A DNA stretch of 64,000 nt. Source: Dehalococcoidia bacterium (lineage in GTDB: Bacteria > Chloroflexota > Dehalococcoidia > Lucifugimonadales > UBA3495). Location of the stretch: contig JASLXV010000041.1 of NCBI GenBank assembly GCA_030740155.1, positions 1 to 64,000 of the forward strand. The letters are read 5' to 3'. This document shows positions 9,477 to 18,941 of this stretch, one piece after another. The notes beneath the pieces were generated by a model. That model had not been told where the DNA came from and did no database searches. It saw only the letters and a program-made list of their open reading frames with translations. The translations under genes were made by a program, and so were the position numbers. Positions within the stretch are counted from its first letter, which is position 1; each line of letters opens with the position of its first letter.

Positions 9477-9505
9477 ATGGTAGTATCATTCACGAATGCC
9501 GTCAA
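9477..9505 (-). promoter_or_regulatory. sigma70-type promoter for the NMO-family genes
   Basis: Minus strand TTGACG-17 nt-TACCAT; 25/29 identical to 4098-4126. Confidence 0.75.
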
Positions 9506-9605
9506 TCGCTTCAGAATCGATGATTCCCGCTTTCGTGGTCCGCCTCCGGCAGGCGCGGTCACCCGGCACCAGGGTCGTTGGCGGATTCCGGTACAGGAGG
9601 TTCTA

Positions 9606-10772
9606 GTGAAACGTTCGCCCGACGTGATCGTGGTTGGAGGCGGTGTGGTGGGCGCCGCGGTTGCTTACTACCTGAGCCGGGAAGGAACACGAGTCCAGGT
9701 CCTTGAACGGCAGGCCCTGGGCAGCGGGTGCTCTTTCCACGGGACCGGGATGGCTATCTCGAACCTGAGGGAGACGCAGAGAAAGGGTGCGGCCTTTGCT
9801 ATCAACCGCGCCAGCCGGCTCCTTCTCAGCGACATCTGCGGCCAGCTCGCCGAGGAGACGGGGACCGACACCCTGTTTCAGGAGCGGGACATGCTTCTGG
9901 TGGCCATGAACGAGCAAGAACTGGCGCAGCGGACAGCGGACATGGAATGGGTTTCTCAGAGGGGGGTACGGGTCCGCTGGCTCGAGAGAGATGAGGCCTT
10001 GGCTCTGGAGCCTCGCATCAGCCCGGCGGTCCTGGGAGCGGTCTACGAAGAAGGGACAGCGCAGGTGGACGGATACCGCTTCACCCTGGCGTTCGCCGCG
10101 GCGTCGGAAAAGCGGGGCGCTACCGTGCGTCAGCGGGAAGTCGTGGGTCTGGAGTGGGAGGGCAGCCGCGTTACCGGGGTAAGAACGCCCACTGAAACCA
10201 TTCCCTGTGACGCGGTGGTCCTGGCCATGGGTGCGGAAACCGGCGCCGCTTCCGAGTGGATTGGTTTTCCGATCCCGGTCCGGCCCCTCAAAGGGCAGAT
10301 TCTCCGGTTGCGCCTACCGGGGAAACCCCTCGACTACTTCGTTAACATCCTCGAGCTGGGTACCATCGTTCCCCGGCGGGACGGGCTTACGAGCATTGGG
10401 ACCTCATACGAGGATACCGGCGATCCCCAACCTACCGAGGACTTCAAGCTTAGAATTCTCTCCCGGGGGATGGAAATCCTACCCTACATTGAAGAGGCGG
10501 AGGTGGTAGAGCACCTGGCAGGCTTTCGGCCCCTCTCTGCCGACATATGCCCCATTATAGGTCCGGTGCCCGGCTGTGAGGGGTTGCACCTGGCTACCGG
10601 CCATGGACCCTGGGGAATTCAACTGGCCCCGATAACCGGCAAGCTTATCGCCGACCTCATACTTCGGGGTGAAACCTCGGAAGACCTGGCCATGGAGCAT
10701 TACTTGCCGGCGCGTTTCGAGGGATTCACACCGGGACCGGACAGCTTCCGGCACCTGGGGACGATCGACTAG
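9606..10772 (+). CDS. FAD-dependent oxidoreductase, glycine oxidase / D-amino acid oxidase family
   Basis: VIVVGGGVVG, PVRPLKGQI, AGFRP..D..PIIG, ATGH..GIQLAP; AGGAGG before GTG 9606. Confidence 0.9.
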   Translation: MKRSPDVIVVGGGVVGAAVAYYLSREGTRVQVLERQALGSGCSFHGTGMAISNLRETQRKGAAFAINRASRLLLSDICGQLAEETGTDTLFQERDMLLVAMNEQELAQRTADMEWVSQRGVRVRWLERDEALALEPRISPAVLGAVYEEGTAQVDGYRFTLAFAAASEKRGATVRQREVVGLEWEGSRVTGVRTPTETIPCDAVVLAMGAETGAASEWIGFPIPVRPLKGQILRLRLPGKPLDYFVNILELGTIVPRRDGLTSIGTSYEDTGDPQPTEDFKLRILSRGMEILPYIEEAEVVEHLAGFRPLSADICPIIGPVPGCEGLHLATGHGPWGIQLAPITGKLIADLILRGETSEDLAMEHYLPARFEGFTPGPDSFRHLGTID

Positions 10773-11106
10773 ATGCTTCCTTCCCTCTCTAAGCATTGAT
10801 CGACGGGCGAAATCCTCCTCTGTGCCTCTTTTCTAGAGAGGGTTAAAGGGGGATTTCCTCGCCGCAAGTTTTGGCGGCTCGTTCGAAGGCCGGTGGGACG
10901 ACGGTCGAGGGTGTTCGGTTTGATGTTAATATACTCAACAAAACGCCGCCGCCTCTCCATGGGATGTCGGATTGATCGATCTGGTTGTGGCCGCCTGACG
11001 GACCGAGCCGGGTTTTGACGGCGGTACGAAAGCGGCCTATGCGGGCCTGGGTAATCGAGTCCATAATGCCGGGAGGCGAGGTTCAGACTAGCTGAAGGAG
11101 AGTTTC

Positions 11107-11859
11107 ATGGGCGATCTAGATGGAAAAGTGGTGATCGTTACCGGTGCGAGCCGGGGTATCGGCAAGGGCATCGCCAAGACCTGTGGGGTGGAGGGCGCCA
11201 CGGTGGTGGTGGTGGCGCGCACGGAACAGGAGGGCGGCAGGTTGCCCGGCACTATCCACCAGACGGTCCAGGATATCAAGGACGCCGGCGGCCAGGCGCT
11301 GGCAGTCAAGTGCGACGTGACCGACGAGGAACAGGTACAGGCGTTGGCCAATCTTATGGTCGATACCTACGGCCGCATCGACGCGGTGGTGAATAACGCG
11401 GGAGTCCAGGTCAACACAGAACTCCTGGACCTGCAAACGCGCCACTGGGACCTGACGATGCGGGTCAACCTGCGCGGCCCGTTCCTGTGCTGCAAGTACC
11501 TGACGCCGGTGATGATCCAACAGAAATCTGGCAGCATCGTCAACATTACGTCCAGCGCCGGAGAGCGGGTGAGGCCCAAGGGCATCAGCTACTCTGTAAC
11601 CAAGGCGGGGTTAAACATGATCACCCTCGGGCTGGCCCAGGAGCTGGAGGAGCACGGCATCGCGGTCAACGCCCTGAGCCCGGGACCGATAATGACCGAG
11701 GGGGCGGTGTTGGTGCGCCCCGCTGACTTCGACTGGACGGGTTGGGAACCGCCGGAGGTGGTGGGACTCGCGGCGGTGTGGCTGGCGCGGCAAACAGCTA
11801 AAAGTTTCACCGGCCAGGTGGTGAACCGCTCAGACTTCGGCAAGACCTGGGGGACTTAA
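11107..11859 (+). CDS. Short-chain dehydrogenase/reductase
   Basis: TGASRGIG, NNAG, YSVTK (YxxxK), VNALSPG. Confidence 0.95.
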   Translation: MGDLDGKVVIVTGASRGIGKGIAKTCGVEGATVVVVARTEQEGGRLPGTIHQTVQDIKDAGGQALAVKCDVTDEEQVQALANLMVDTYGRIDAVVNNAGVQVNTELLDLQTRHWDLTMRVNLRGPFLCCKYLTPVMIQQKSGSIVNITSSAGERVRPKGISYSVTKAGLNMITLGLAQELEEHGIAVNALSPGPIMTEGAVLVRPADFDWTGWEPPEVVGLAAVWLARQTAKSFTGQVVNRSDFGKTWGT

Positions 11860-11940
11860 GGCCCGCTGCCCCCCTCTGCAAACTGAATAACGCGAAAGCT
11901 AAGTTTCCCGTCATGCAGCCCAATTTCGTGCCATCCGGAA

Positions 11941-12016
11941 CCCCTGTCGGTCACCCTGAGCCCTGGTCGGTCACCCCGAGCCCCTGTCTGTCACCCCGAG
12001 CGGAGCGAGGGGTCTC
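11941..12016. repeat. Three tandem 20-bp units running into a REP-like palindrome
   Basis: CCCCTGTCGGTCACCCTGAG / CCCTGGTCGGTCACCCCGAG / CCCCTGTCTGTCACCCCGAG then CGGAGCGAGGGGTCTC. Confidence 0.8.
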
Positions 12017-12137
12017 AGGGTTTGTCCGGCGCCGGGGTCAGAGGCGCGGCCTCCCCTCCGTGCGCACCCGGCTGGCCGGCGGAACCGCCGGACATGATGG
12101 CAGAGTCGTTGAGAAACCGAACACTAGGAGGTAAAGA

Positions 12138-12524
12138 ATGTTCAAGGGAATAGACCACATGGTCATCGCGGTCAATGACCTGGAGCAGGCGGTCAAACAC
12201 TACGAGTCGAAGCTGGGTCTCAAGGCCAACGAAGGAGGCGGAGAGCACCCGGAACTGGGTTTGCGAAATGCCTATCTTCCCCTGGGTGATGGGGGGGCGT
12301 TCATTGAGTTGGCGCAACCCCTGGGACCCGAAACTCCTCTGGGACGCACCATCGCGCGCAAAGGCGAGGGTATCCATCTGCTGGCGATGGCGGTGGACGA
12401 CCTCCAAAAGGCGGTGGCCCAATTGAAGGAGAACGGCGCCCAGATAATCGAGGCGGGCTCCATGGTCTTTATTCACCCCAGGGACGCCCATGGCATCATG
12501 TTCCAGCTTGTGGAGCGCAAATAA
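12138..12524 (+). CDS. VOC-family protein, methylmalonyl-CoA epimerase-like
   Basis: IDHMVIAV, IELAQP, GEGIHLLA, FIHP..AHGIMFQLVE; AGGAGG RBS. Confidence 0.85.
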   Translation: MFKGIDHMVIAVNDLEQAVKHYESKLGLKANEGGGEHPELGLRNAYLPLGDGGAFIELAQPLGPETPLGRTIARKGEGIHLLAMAVDDLQKAVAQLKENGAQIIEAGSMVFIHPRDAHGIMFQLVERK

Positions 12525-12736
12525 GAGCCAAGTGCCCTTCGTGTAGCCGGGCACGACACCAGGGGGAGCCGCTGCGGCGGGCGTCAGCGTCAGGCAAGCA
12601 ATCGCGGGCCCAGCCGGCTCCTCCATAATTTTGCCTGGCTCTCTGGTAACACCCTCTGCTGTAGTGCCCCACCACGCTATCCGACGGTTCTCGACGCGGA
12701 TAGCGTTGGGGTGGCCCTGCCGACCCGGGAGGTCAT

Positions 12737-15346
12737 TTGATGTCACGGCGTCCTCTGGAAGGAATACGAGTCCTGGACCTGGGCCAGGAGATCTCCGGCC
12801 CTTTCTGCGCAAAAATGTTGGGGGCCCTCGGCGCCCAGGTAATCAAGGTGGAACCGGAGCAGGGTGATGCCGCCCGCCGTCTCGGCCCTTTCCCCGGAGA
12901 CGTGCCCCATCCGGAGCGGAGCGGGCTGTTTCTCTATCTCAACACCGGTAAGCAGGGGGTCACCCTGGACCTCGGCACCGCCGGGGGCCGGGAGCTGTTC
13001 CTGCGCCTGGTAGCCTGGGCCGACGTGGCCGTGGAGAACTCCGGGCCCCGGGTGCTATCTTCCCTGGACCTCAGCTACGAGGTGCTGCGGCAGGTCAACC
13101 CGCGCCTGATCCTCACCTCCATCACCCCCTTCGGCCAGAGCGGCCCCTACCGTGACTACCGGACCTCGGAGATAGGCCTCCACGCCATCAGTGGCGAGAT
13201 GTCGGTGGCGGGCCTGCCGGGCCGGCCTCTAAAGAAAGGTGGGGAACTCGCCCATTACCTGGGCAGCCTCAACGGCTTCCTTGGCACCATGGGCGCCCTT
13301 TTCCTGCGGGAAGATACCGGCTGCGGGCGGCATGTGGACGTGTCTCTATCCGAGGGCTTCAGCGCCATCTTGGGGGGCGCCATTATGGAGCATTCTTTCC
13401 TGGGCCATCCACCCATGCGCCGGGAGGGGATGCCCTGGCCTCAGGGTGTCTATCAGTGCAGAGACGGCTACATGATGAACATGGTCCGCGGGGGCTCCAA
13501 ATGGCGGCCAGACTTCGCCGCTCTGATTGGCGACCCCGCGCTGGCTCGGGAGCCGGCGCCGCCCGCCGCCTCAACGTCTTCTGATGACCAGGCCCCGGAG
13601 CCGGACGAACTGGTCGCTCCCTACGTAGCCTGGCTCAAAGCCAATACCAAGGAGCATATCTACCACATTGCCCAGAAGGTCCGATTGCCCTTCAGCTACG
13701 TGTGTACCGCGCCGGACATATTGGCCTCGCCCCAGTTGGCCCACCGGGGCTTTCTGGAGCAGGTGGAGCACCCGGTAGCGGGGACCCTCACGCTCATGGG
13801 CATGCCCTTTCTCCTGGACGGCGAGCGCTGGTCCCTGGGCCGGGCGCCGCTTCTGGGAGAGCACGACGAGGCTGTATTCCACGGGATACTGGGGCTGAGC
13901 AAGCAGGAGGTGCTGCGGCTCGGGAAATCCGGAATCGATCGCCCGGCTGACGAAGGCCCCCGGATAATCCCCGGCAGCTCCGGGCCTGATACCCCTGAGC
14001 CGGCTACCCTCGAAAACCAACCATCTCAGCCACTTCCGGCCGCCCCGGAGGAGGGCGTGACGGCCTCGCCATCGGAACGCCTCCCGCTGGAGGGAGTCCG
14101 GGTGTTGGACTTCACCCAGGTCTGGGCCGGCCCGATGTGCACCATGCTCCTCGGCGATCTGGGCGCCGAGGTGATCAAGCTGGAGTCCACGGTCCGCGCC
14201 GACCCTGAGCGAGGCCCGTTGAAGCCACCGCCGGAGCGGTTGCGCCGCTATCCCGGCGGCGACCCGGGAGAGCAGCCCTTCAACCGGTCCGGCCGTTTCA
14301 ATATGTACTCCCGCAACAAGCTGGGTGTCACCCTGGACCTGAAGGACGCCGATTGCTTGGCCATGGCGCGAGATATGGTGCGCGTCAGCGACATCGTGGT
14401 GGAAAACTTCGCCGCCGGCGTCCTGGAGCGTCTGGGCTTGGGCTATGAGGAACTCAAACGTCTCCGGCCGGACATCATCCTGCTCGCCCTCCCCGGCTGG
14501 GGCGGCACCGGCCCCGAGGCCCACTACGTGGCCTATGGCCCAAACCAGGAAGCCATGTCCGGCCTCTCCAGCATCACCGGGTACCTCGACGGGCCGCCCC
14601 TGCTGACCGGTACCTACTACGGCGATCCCACCGGCGGCACCACCAGCGCGGTGGCCGCCATGGCGGCCCTCTGGCACCGGCGCCAGACGGGCCGGGGCAT
14701 GAAAATCGACCTGTCGCAGCGCGAGGCCGTTTCTTCCGTACTGCCCGAGGTGCTTTTGGAGTACCAGTTCAACGGACGCATCCTGGCTCCACAGGGGAAC
14801 CGCCATCGCTCCATGGCGCCCCACGGTTGTTATCCCTGCAAGGGCGAGGACTCCTGGATAGTCATCGCGGTCGACTCGGACCAGGGCTTCCACCGGCTGT
14901 GCCGGGCGATGGGCTATCCCGAGACGGCCAACGATCCTCGCTTCTCAACCCTGTTGACGCGGCTTCAGCACAACGATGAACTGGACGAGTTAGTGTCCGG
15001 CTGGACCCAAGACCAGGATCACCACATCCTGATGCACACGCTCCAGAGATCGGGAGTCGCGGCTCAGGCCGTGTTGAACACGGCGGAGCTTCTGGACGAC
15101 CCGCACTACAGGGCCCGCGGCTACTTCCAGACCGTCGCGCATACCCAGGCCGGGACCCATCCTCACGTCAGCAGCGCCGCGCGTCTATCGGCGTCCCCGC
15201 TGCCTGTCCGGCGTCCCGCGCCCTGCCTGGGCGAGCACAACGGTTGGGTATTGGGCGAGCTGCTGGCCGCGCCAAAGGCGAAGTTGCAGAGGCTAGAGGA
15301 AGAGGGGAAGATAGGCACGTCACTCGTTCCAGCCGCCCCCGGCTGA
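12737..15346 (+). CDS. Family III (CaiB/BaiF) CoA-transferase, two fused modules
   Basis: Two PLEG(I/V)RVLD...G(A/D)LGA.VIK.E units and two APxLGEH ends joined by a Pro-rich linker. Confidence 0.93.
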   Translation: MMSRRPLEGIRVLDLGQEISGPFCAKMLGALGAQVIKVEPEQGDAARRLGPFPGDVPHPERSGLFLYLNTGKQGVTLDLGTAGGRELFLRLVAWADVAVENSGPRVLSSLDLSYEVLRQVNPRLILTSITPFGQSGPYRDYRTSEIGLHAISGEMSVAGLPGRPLKKGGELAHYLGSLNGFLGTMGALFLREDTGCGRHVDVSLSEGFSAILGGAIMEHSFLGHPPMRREGMPWPQGVYQCRDGYMMNMVRGGSKWRPDFAALIGDPALAREPAPPAASTSSDDQAPEPDELVAPYVAWLKANTKEHIYHIAQKVRLPFSYVCTAPDILASPQLAHRGFLEQVEHPVAGTLTLMGMPFLLDGERWSLGRAPLLGEHDEAVFHGILGLSKQEVLRLGKSGIDRPADEGPRIIPGSSGPDTPEPATLENQPSQPLPAAPEEGVTASPSERLPLEGVRVLDFTQVWAGPMCTMLLGDLGAEVIKLESTVRADPERGPLKPPPERLRRYPGGDPGEQPFNRSGRFNMYSRNKLGVTLDLKDADCLAMARDMVRVSDIVVENFAAGVLERLGLGYEELKRLRPDIILLALPGWGGTGPEAHYVAYGPNQEAMSGLSSITGYLDGPPLLTGTYYGDPTGGTTSAVAAMAALWHRRQTGRGMKIDLSQREAVSSVLPEVLLEYQFNGRILAPQGNRHRSMAPHGCYPCKGEDSWIVIAVDSDQGFHRLCRAMGYPETANDPRFSTLLTRLQHNDELDELVSGWTQDQDHHILMHTLQRSGVAAQAVLNTAELLDDPHYRARGYFQTVAHTQAGTHPHVSSAARLSASPLPVRRPAPCLGEHNGWVLGELLAAPKAKLQRLEEEGKIGTSLVPAAPG

Positions 15347-15425
15347 GGCTCTTGCCCTAAGACCATCAGCCTGCCTTAGGATTGTCATTCCGAAGAGGGA
15401 AGATACTTCGTCATTGCTCCGAAAG

Positions 15426-15583
15426 TGTCAAGCTGAGCCAGCCGCCGCGGCGAAGCATCTGGGCAGAGATTCTCCACCACCTCCACAGATCCCTCGTCCT
15501 TCCCGCGAAGGACTCGGGATGACAGGGCAGTGCCCATCTTCGTGGCCCGTGGTGCGCCATGCAACCGGGGCATGAAAGATTCC
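15426..15583. repeat. ~160-bp dispersed intergenic element, copy 1
   Basis: Colinear with 23164-23323; shared core CAGATCCCTCGTCCTTCCCGCGAAGGACTCGGGATGAC. Confidence 0.85.
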
Positions 15584-15695
15584 GAGGAAGGGAGCTACTT
15601 TGTCATTCCGAGGAGCGCAGCGACGAGGAATCTGGTGCGGGGCCCATTCATCGCAGCCTCGACCCGCCACTCCAAACTCCTCGCTTCACGCGGGG

Positions 15696-15724
15696 TTGAC
15701 GCCGGAGACTGAGGAGCATACATT
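15696..15724 (+). promoter_or_regulatory. sigma70-type promoter
   Basis: TTGACG-17 nt-TACATT upstream of the XDH-family gene. Confidence 0.6.
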
Positions 15725-15810
15725 ACCGGCACCGCGTTGGTACCGACTGGGGTGCCACCTGGTCTGTTAACCCCGACCTAATCGGGCAACCTTTCTGTGA
15801 GGGAAGTTGT

Positions 15811-18120
15811 ATGGCTACTACGGTCGATCGAGACAGTAAGAGTCCGGGGAAGTACCGGGTCTTGGGCACCAGGCCTGACCGCCATGACGCCGTGGACAAG
15901 GTGACCGGCGGCGCCAAATTCGGGGCGGACATTCACCCGGCCGGGTTGCTGCATGGCAAGATTCTCCGAAGCCCCCATGCCCACGCCCGGATCCGGTCCA
16001 TCGATACCTCCAAGGCCGAGGCGCTGCCCGGAGTTACCGCCGTCGCCACCTCCAAGGACTTTCCGATCATCGCGGACAAGAGCATCGATTTCTCGGATAT
16101 TCGCGGGAATGCCCGAATAGCGGCGGAGAACGTGCTGGCCAATGACCGGGTATTCTACGTCGGGCACGCGGTGGCGGCAGTCGCGGCCACCAACGCCCAT
16201 ATCGCCGAACAGGCCTTGAAGCTTATCGACGTCGACTTCGAGGTGCTGCCCGCGATCCTCACCCTGCACGATGCTTTGAAAAAGGACGCGCCCCTCCTCC
16301 ACGATGACATGACCACCAGGTTTCGCGTTGAGCGGTTCGCCGCCGGCGATGACACCGGAGAGAAGAGCAACGTGGCCGGCCACATTCAGCACAAACTGGG
16401 CGATGTGGAGAAAGGGTTCCGGGAGGCCGACGTCGTCATAGAGCGCGAGTTTCACACTCAAACCGTCCACCAGGGGTATATCGAGCCCCAGGCCTCCACG
16501 GCGTCTTGGGGCGCCGATGGCCGGGTCACCATCTGGACCAGCACCCAGGGCGTCTTCGCCATCCGGACGTCGACCGCCGCCATCCTCGGCCTTCCCGAGT
16601 CCATGGTAACGGTTGTCCCCATGGAGGTTGGCGGGGGTTTTGGCGCCAAATCCGTCACCTACCTGGACGCGGTTGCCGCCGTTCTCTCCAGGAAGAGCAA
16701 CCGTCCGGTCAAAATGGTGATGAGCCGTGAGGAGGTGTTCAAGGGCGGCGGCCCCGCCTCCGGCACACATATGCGGGTCAAGATAGGCGCCAAAAAGGAC
16801 GGGCGCATCAACGCGGGCTATCACTACCTGGCCTATGAGGCTGGACCCTACCCCGGCTCTCCCGTGGGTGGGGGCGCGATGACCAGCTTGGCCCCATACA
16901 ACATAGAGAACTTGCTGGTGGATGGCTATGACGTGGTCTGCAACAAGCAAAAGGTGTCGGGCTACCGGGCTCCGGGGCAGCCTCAGGCTACCTTCGCCGT
17001 TGAATCGGTCATCGACGAATTGGCGGCAACGCTGGGGATGGACCCTATCGACCTGCGGCTGAAGAACGCCGTCAAAGAGGGCGATAGAATGCCCAATGGG
17101 GTGCCGCACTCGCGGTTTGGCTGCCGGGAGCTGGAGGAAGCCATGAAGGCCCATCCTCACTACAGTGCTCCCCTTGAAGGTCCCAACCGCGGCCGGGGAG
17201 TGGCCGTGGCATTCCGCTGGCAAGGGGGCCAGGCATCGTCGGCCACCATTAACGTCAACAGCAACGGCACCATCAGCCTCACCACCGGATCCGTTGATCT
17301 GTCCGGCACCCGCACCACCGTGGCAATGCAGGCCGCCGAGGTGTTGGGCCTCGATGTCGAGGACGTAACGTCAAACGTTGGAGATACTGACGCCGTCGGC
17401 CACACCGGGAACAGCGGCGGCAGCCGGACCACCTTTGATACCGGCTTGGCGGCCATTGCGGTGGCCGAGGAGATAAAGCGGCAGATGGGCGCCAGGGCGG
17501 CTCTGCTGTGGGAGGTGCAAGCGGAGGATGTCGAGTTCCGGGACGCCACATTCATCTGCACCAAGAACCCGGCGGACCGGATAACCTTCAAAGACCTGGC
17601 CCGCCGGCTCATGCGGACCGGCGGCCCCATAACCTGTTCGGCCTCGGCCAACTCAACCGGGGTTGGGCCGTCCTTCGCCGGCAATATCGTCGACGTGGAG
17701 GTGGACCCCGAGACGGGGAAGGTGGACATCCTGCGTTTTACCGCGTTCTTGGATGCCGGCCTGGCGATACACCCGGGCTTCGTGGAAGGGCAAATGCAGG
17801 GCGGTACCGTCCAGGGCATCGGCTGGGCACTGAACGAGGAGTACTTTTACACCGGGGACGGCACCATGGCCAACTCGAGCTTCCTCGACTATCGTATGCC
17901 CACCTGCCTGGACGTCCCCGAGATCGAAACGGTCATAATCGAGGTCTCGAACCCGCGCCACCCCTTCGGGCTGCGTGGGGTGGGCGAGGTCACCATCATC
18001 CCGGTGCTGGGGGCTGTTGCCAACGCCGTTTACCATGCCGTTGGTGTCCGGATGCCCGGACTGCCCATGTCCCCCGGGTCAATCCTGAAGGCGCTTCAGG
18101 CGAAGGACCTCCAGCAGTAG
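15811..18120 (+). CDS. Xanthine dehydrogenase family molybdopterin-binding large subunit
   Basis: DKVTG.AKF..D, LRSPHAHARI, HQGYIEP, VGGGFGAK, GYRAPG, EGQMQGG, RGVGE. Confidence 0.95.
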   Translation: MATTVDRDSKSPGKYRVLGTRPDRHDAVDKVTGGAKFGADIHPAGLLHGKILRSPHAHARIRSIDTSKAEALPGVTAVATSKDFPIIADKSIDFSDIRGNARIAAENVLANDRVFYVGHAVAAVAATNAHIAEQALKLIDVDFEVLPAILTLHDALKKDAPLLHDDMTTRFRVERFAAGDDTGEKSNVAGHIQHKLGDVEKGFREADVVIEREFHTQTVHQGYIEPQASTASWGADGRVTIWTSTQGVFAIRTSTAAILGLPESMVTVVPMEVGGGFGAKSVTYLDAVAAVLSRKSNRPVKMVMSREEVFKGGGPASGTHMRVKIGAKKDGRINAGYHYLAYEAGPYPGSPVGGGAMTSLAPYNIENLLVDGYDVVCNKQKVSGYRAPGQPQATFAVESVIDELAATLGMDPIDLRLKNAVKEGDRMPNGVPHSRFGCRELEEAMKAHPHYSAPLEGPNRGRGVAVAFRWQGGQASSATINVNSNGTISLTTGSVDLSGTRTTVAMQAAEVLGLDVEDVTSNVGDTDAVGHTGNSGGSRTTFDTGLAAIAVAEEIKRQMGARAALLWEVQAEDVEFRDATFICTKNPADRITFKDLARRLMRTGGPITCSASANSTGVGPSFAGNIVDVEVDPETGKVDILRFTAFLDAGLAIHPGFVEGQMQGGTVQGIGWALNEEYFYTGDGTMANSSFLDYRMPTCLDVPEIETVIIEVSNPRHPFGLRGVGEVTIIPVLGAVANAVYHAVGVRMPGLPMSPGSILKALQAKDLQQ

Positions 18121-18153
18121 AAGCCGATTCAGGCGGATATTTTGCAACCGCGC

Positions 18154-18214
18154 ATCAAGACACCTAACCGTAGGGGCGGGTTTCATACCCGCCCCTACGG
18201 TTAGGTGTCTTGAT
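18154..18214. repeat. Perfect 28-bp-arm inverted repeat with GTAG-type REP core
   Basis: ATCAAGACACCTAACCGTAGGGGCGGGT-TTCAT-ACCCGCCCCTACGGTTAGGTGTCTTGAT between convergent genes. Confidence 0.9.
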
Positions 18215-18232
18215 AGTGCACTAGAAGCGGTA

Positions 18233-18823
18233 CTAGTCTACGCCGAACTCCTTGCGTAGGCCGTGCATGGCCTCGGCGTTATTGCGGCGGCGGTGCCGCT
18301 GGCCGCCCTCCTGGTCGCGCTGGCCCCGGCCGCGAGGGTTGGGCACCGTTTTGACGCAGACAAACACCGGGCCGGTCTCGCCCAGCACCTTTCCGATCTG
18401 GGTGGCAAAGTCTTCCAGGTCGTCGAACTCGTAGGCCGCGGCGTACCCTGCCGCGCGGGCCATGTCGCGGAAGGACACGATGTCTTTTCCGGGAGTGGGC
18501 TGTCCCCCGGTGGTGGCGTACATCCCGTTCTCAAGTACAAAGTGGTACAGGTTCTTGGGACCCTTGTTGGCGATCGTCACCATGCTGCCAAGGTTCATCC
18601 GGAGGCTGCCGTCGCCGTCCATGATGATGACCTTGGTGCCGGGCTGCGCGAGGGACACCCCGAGGCCCAGGGAAGAGCACTTGCTCATGGCAGCGGAGGA
18701 AATGTCCCGCTCCTGATTGTCGCTGAACTCGGGCCAGGCCACGCCGGCGCGGTGTGCCGGCACCACCACGGCATCGCCCCGGTGTTTCTGGATCACTGAC
18801 ATCATGTCGGCCATGTCTATCAT
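18233..18823 (-). CDS. TPP-binding subunit, sulfopyruvate/phosphonopyruvate decarboxylase beta (ComE-like)
   Basis: DGDGSLRMNLG...ENGMYATTGGQP TPP motif; single domain of 196 aa. Confidence 0.85.
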   Translation of the reverse strand: MIDMADMMSVIQKHRGDAVVVPAHRAGVAWPEFSDNQERDISSAAMSKCSSLGLGVSLAQPGTKVIIMDGDGSLRMNLGSMVTIANKGPKNLYHFVLENGMYATTGGQPTPGKDIVSFRDMARAAGYAAAYEFDDLEDFATQIGKVLGETGPVFVCVKTVPNPRGRGQRDQEGGQRHRRRNNAEAMHGLRKEFGVD

Positions 18824-18941
18824 GCTGCACTCCTTGCTGTATCCCCGGCTCTCAAAACCGGCTCAAACCCAAATGCCCGGACCGGCCGGGCGGCCGCCAC
18901 AGAGCATGATATGTCAGAGCGGCGTCCTTGGCAAATCCGTT

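Noticed and set aside
7745..9605. Long plus-strand ORFs (592 aa; 5' extension of the 562-aa ORF) and similar shadow ORFs elsewhere
   Set aside because: Antisense or alternate frames of real high-GC genes; they resemble each other only because the real genes are duplicated
9606..10772. thiO
   Set aside because: No thiS/thiG/thiE or TPP riboswitch nearby
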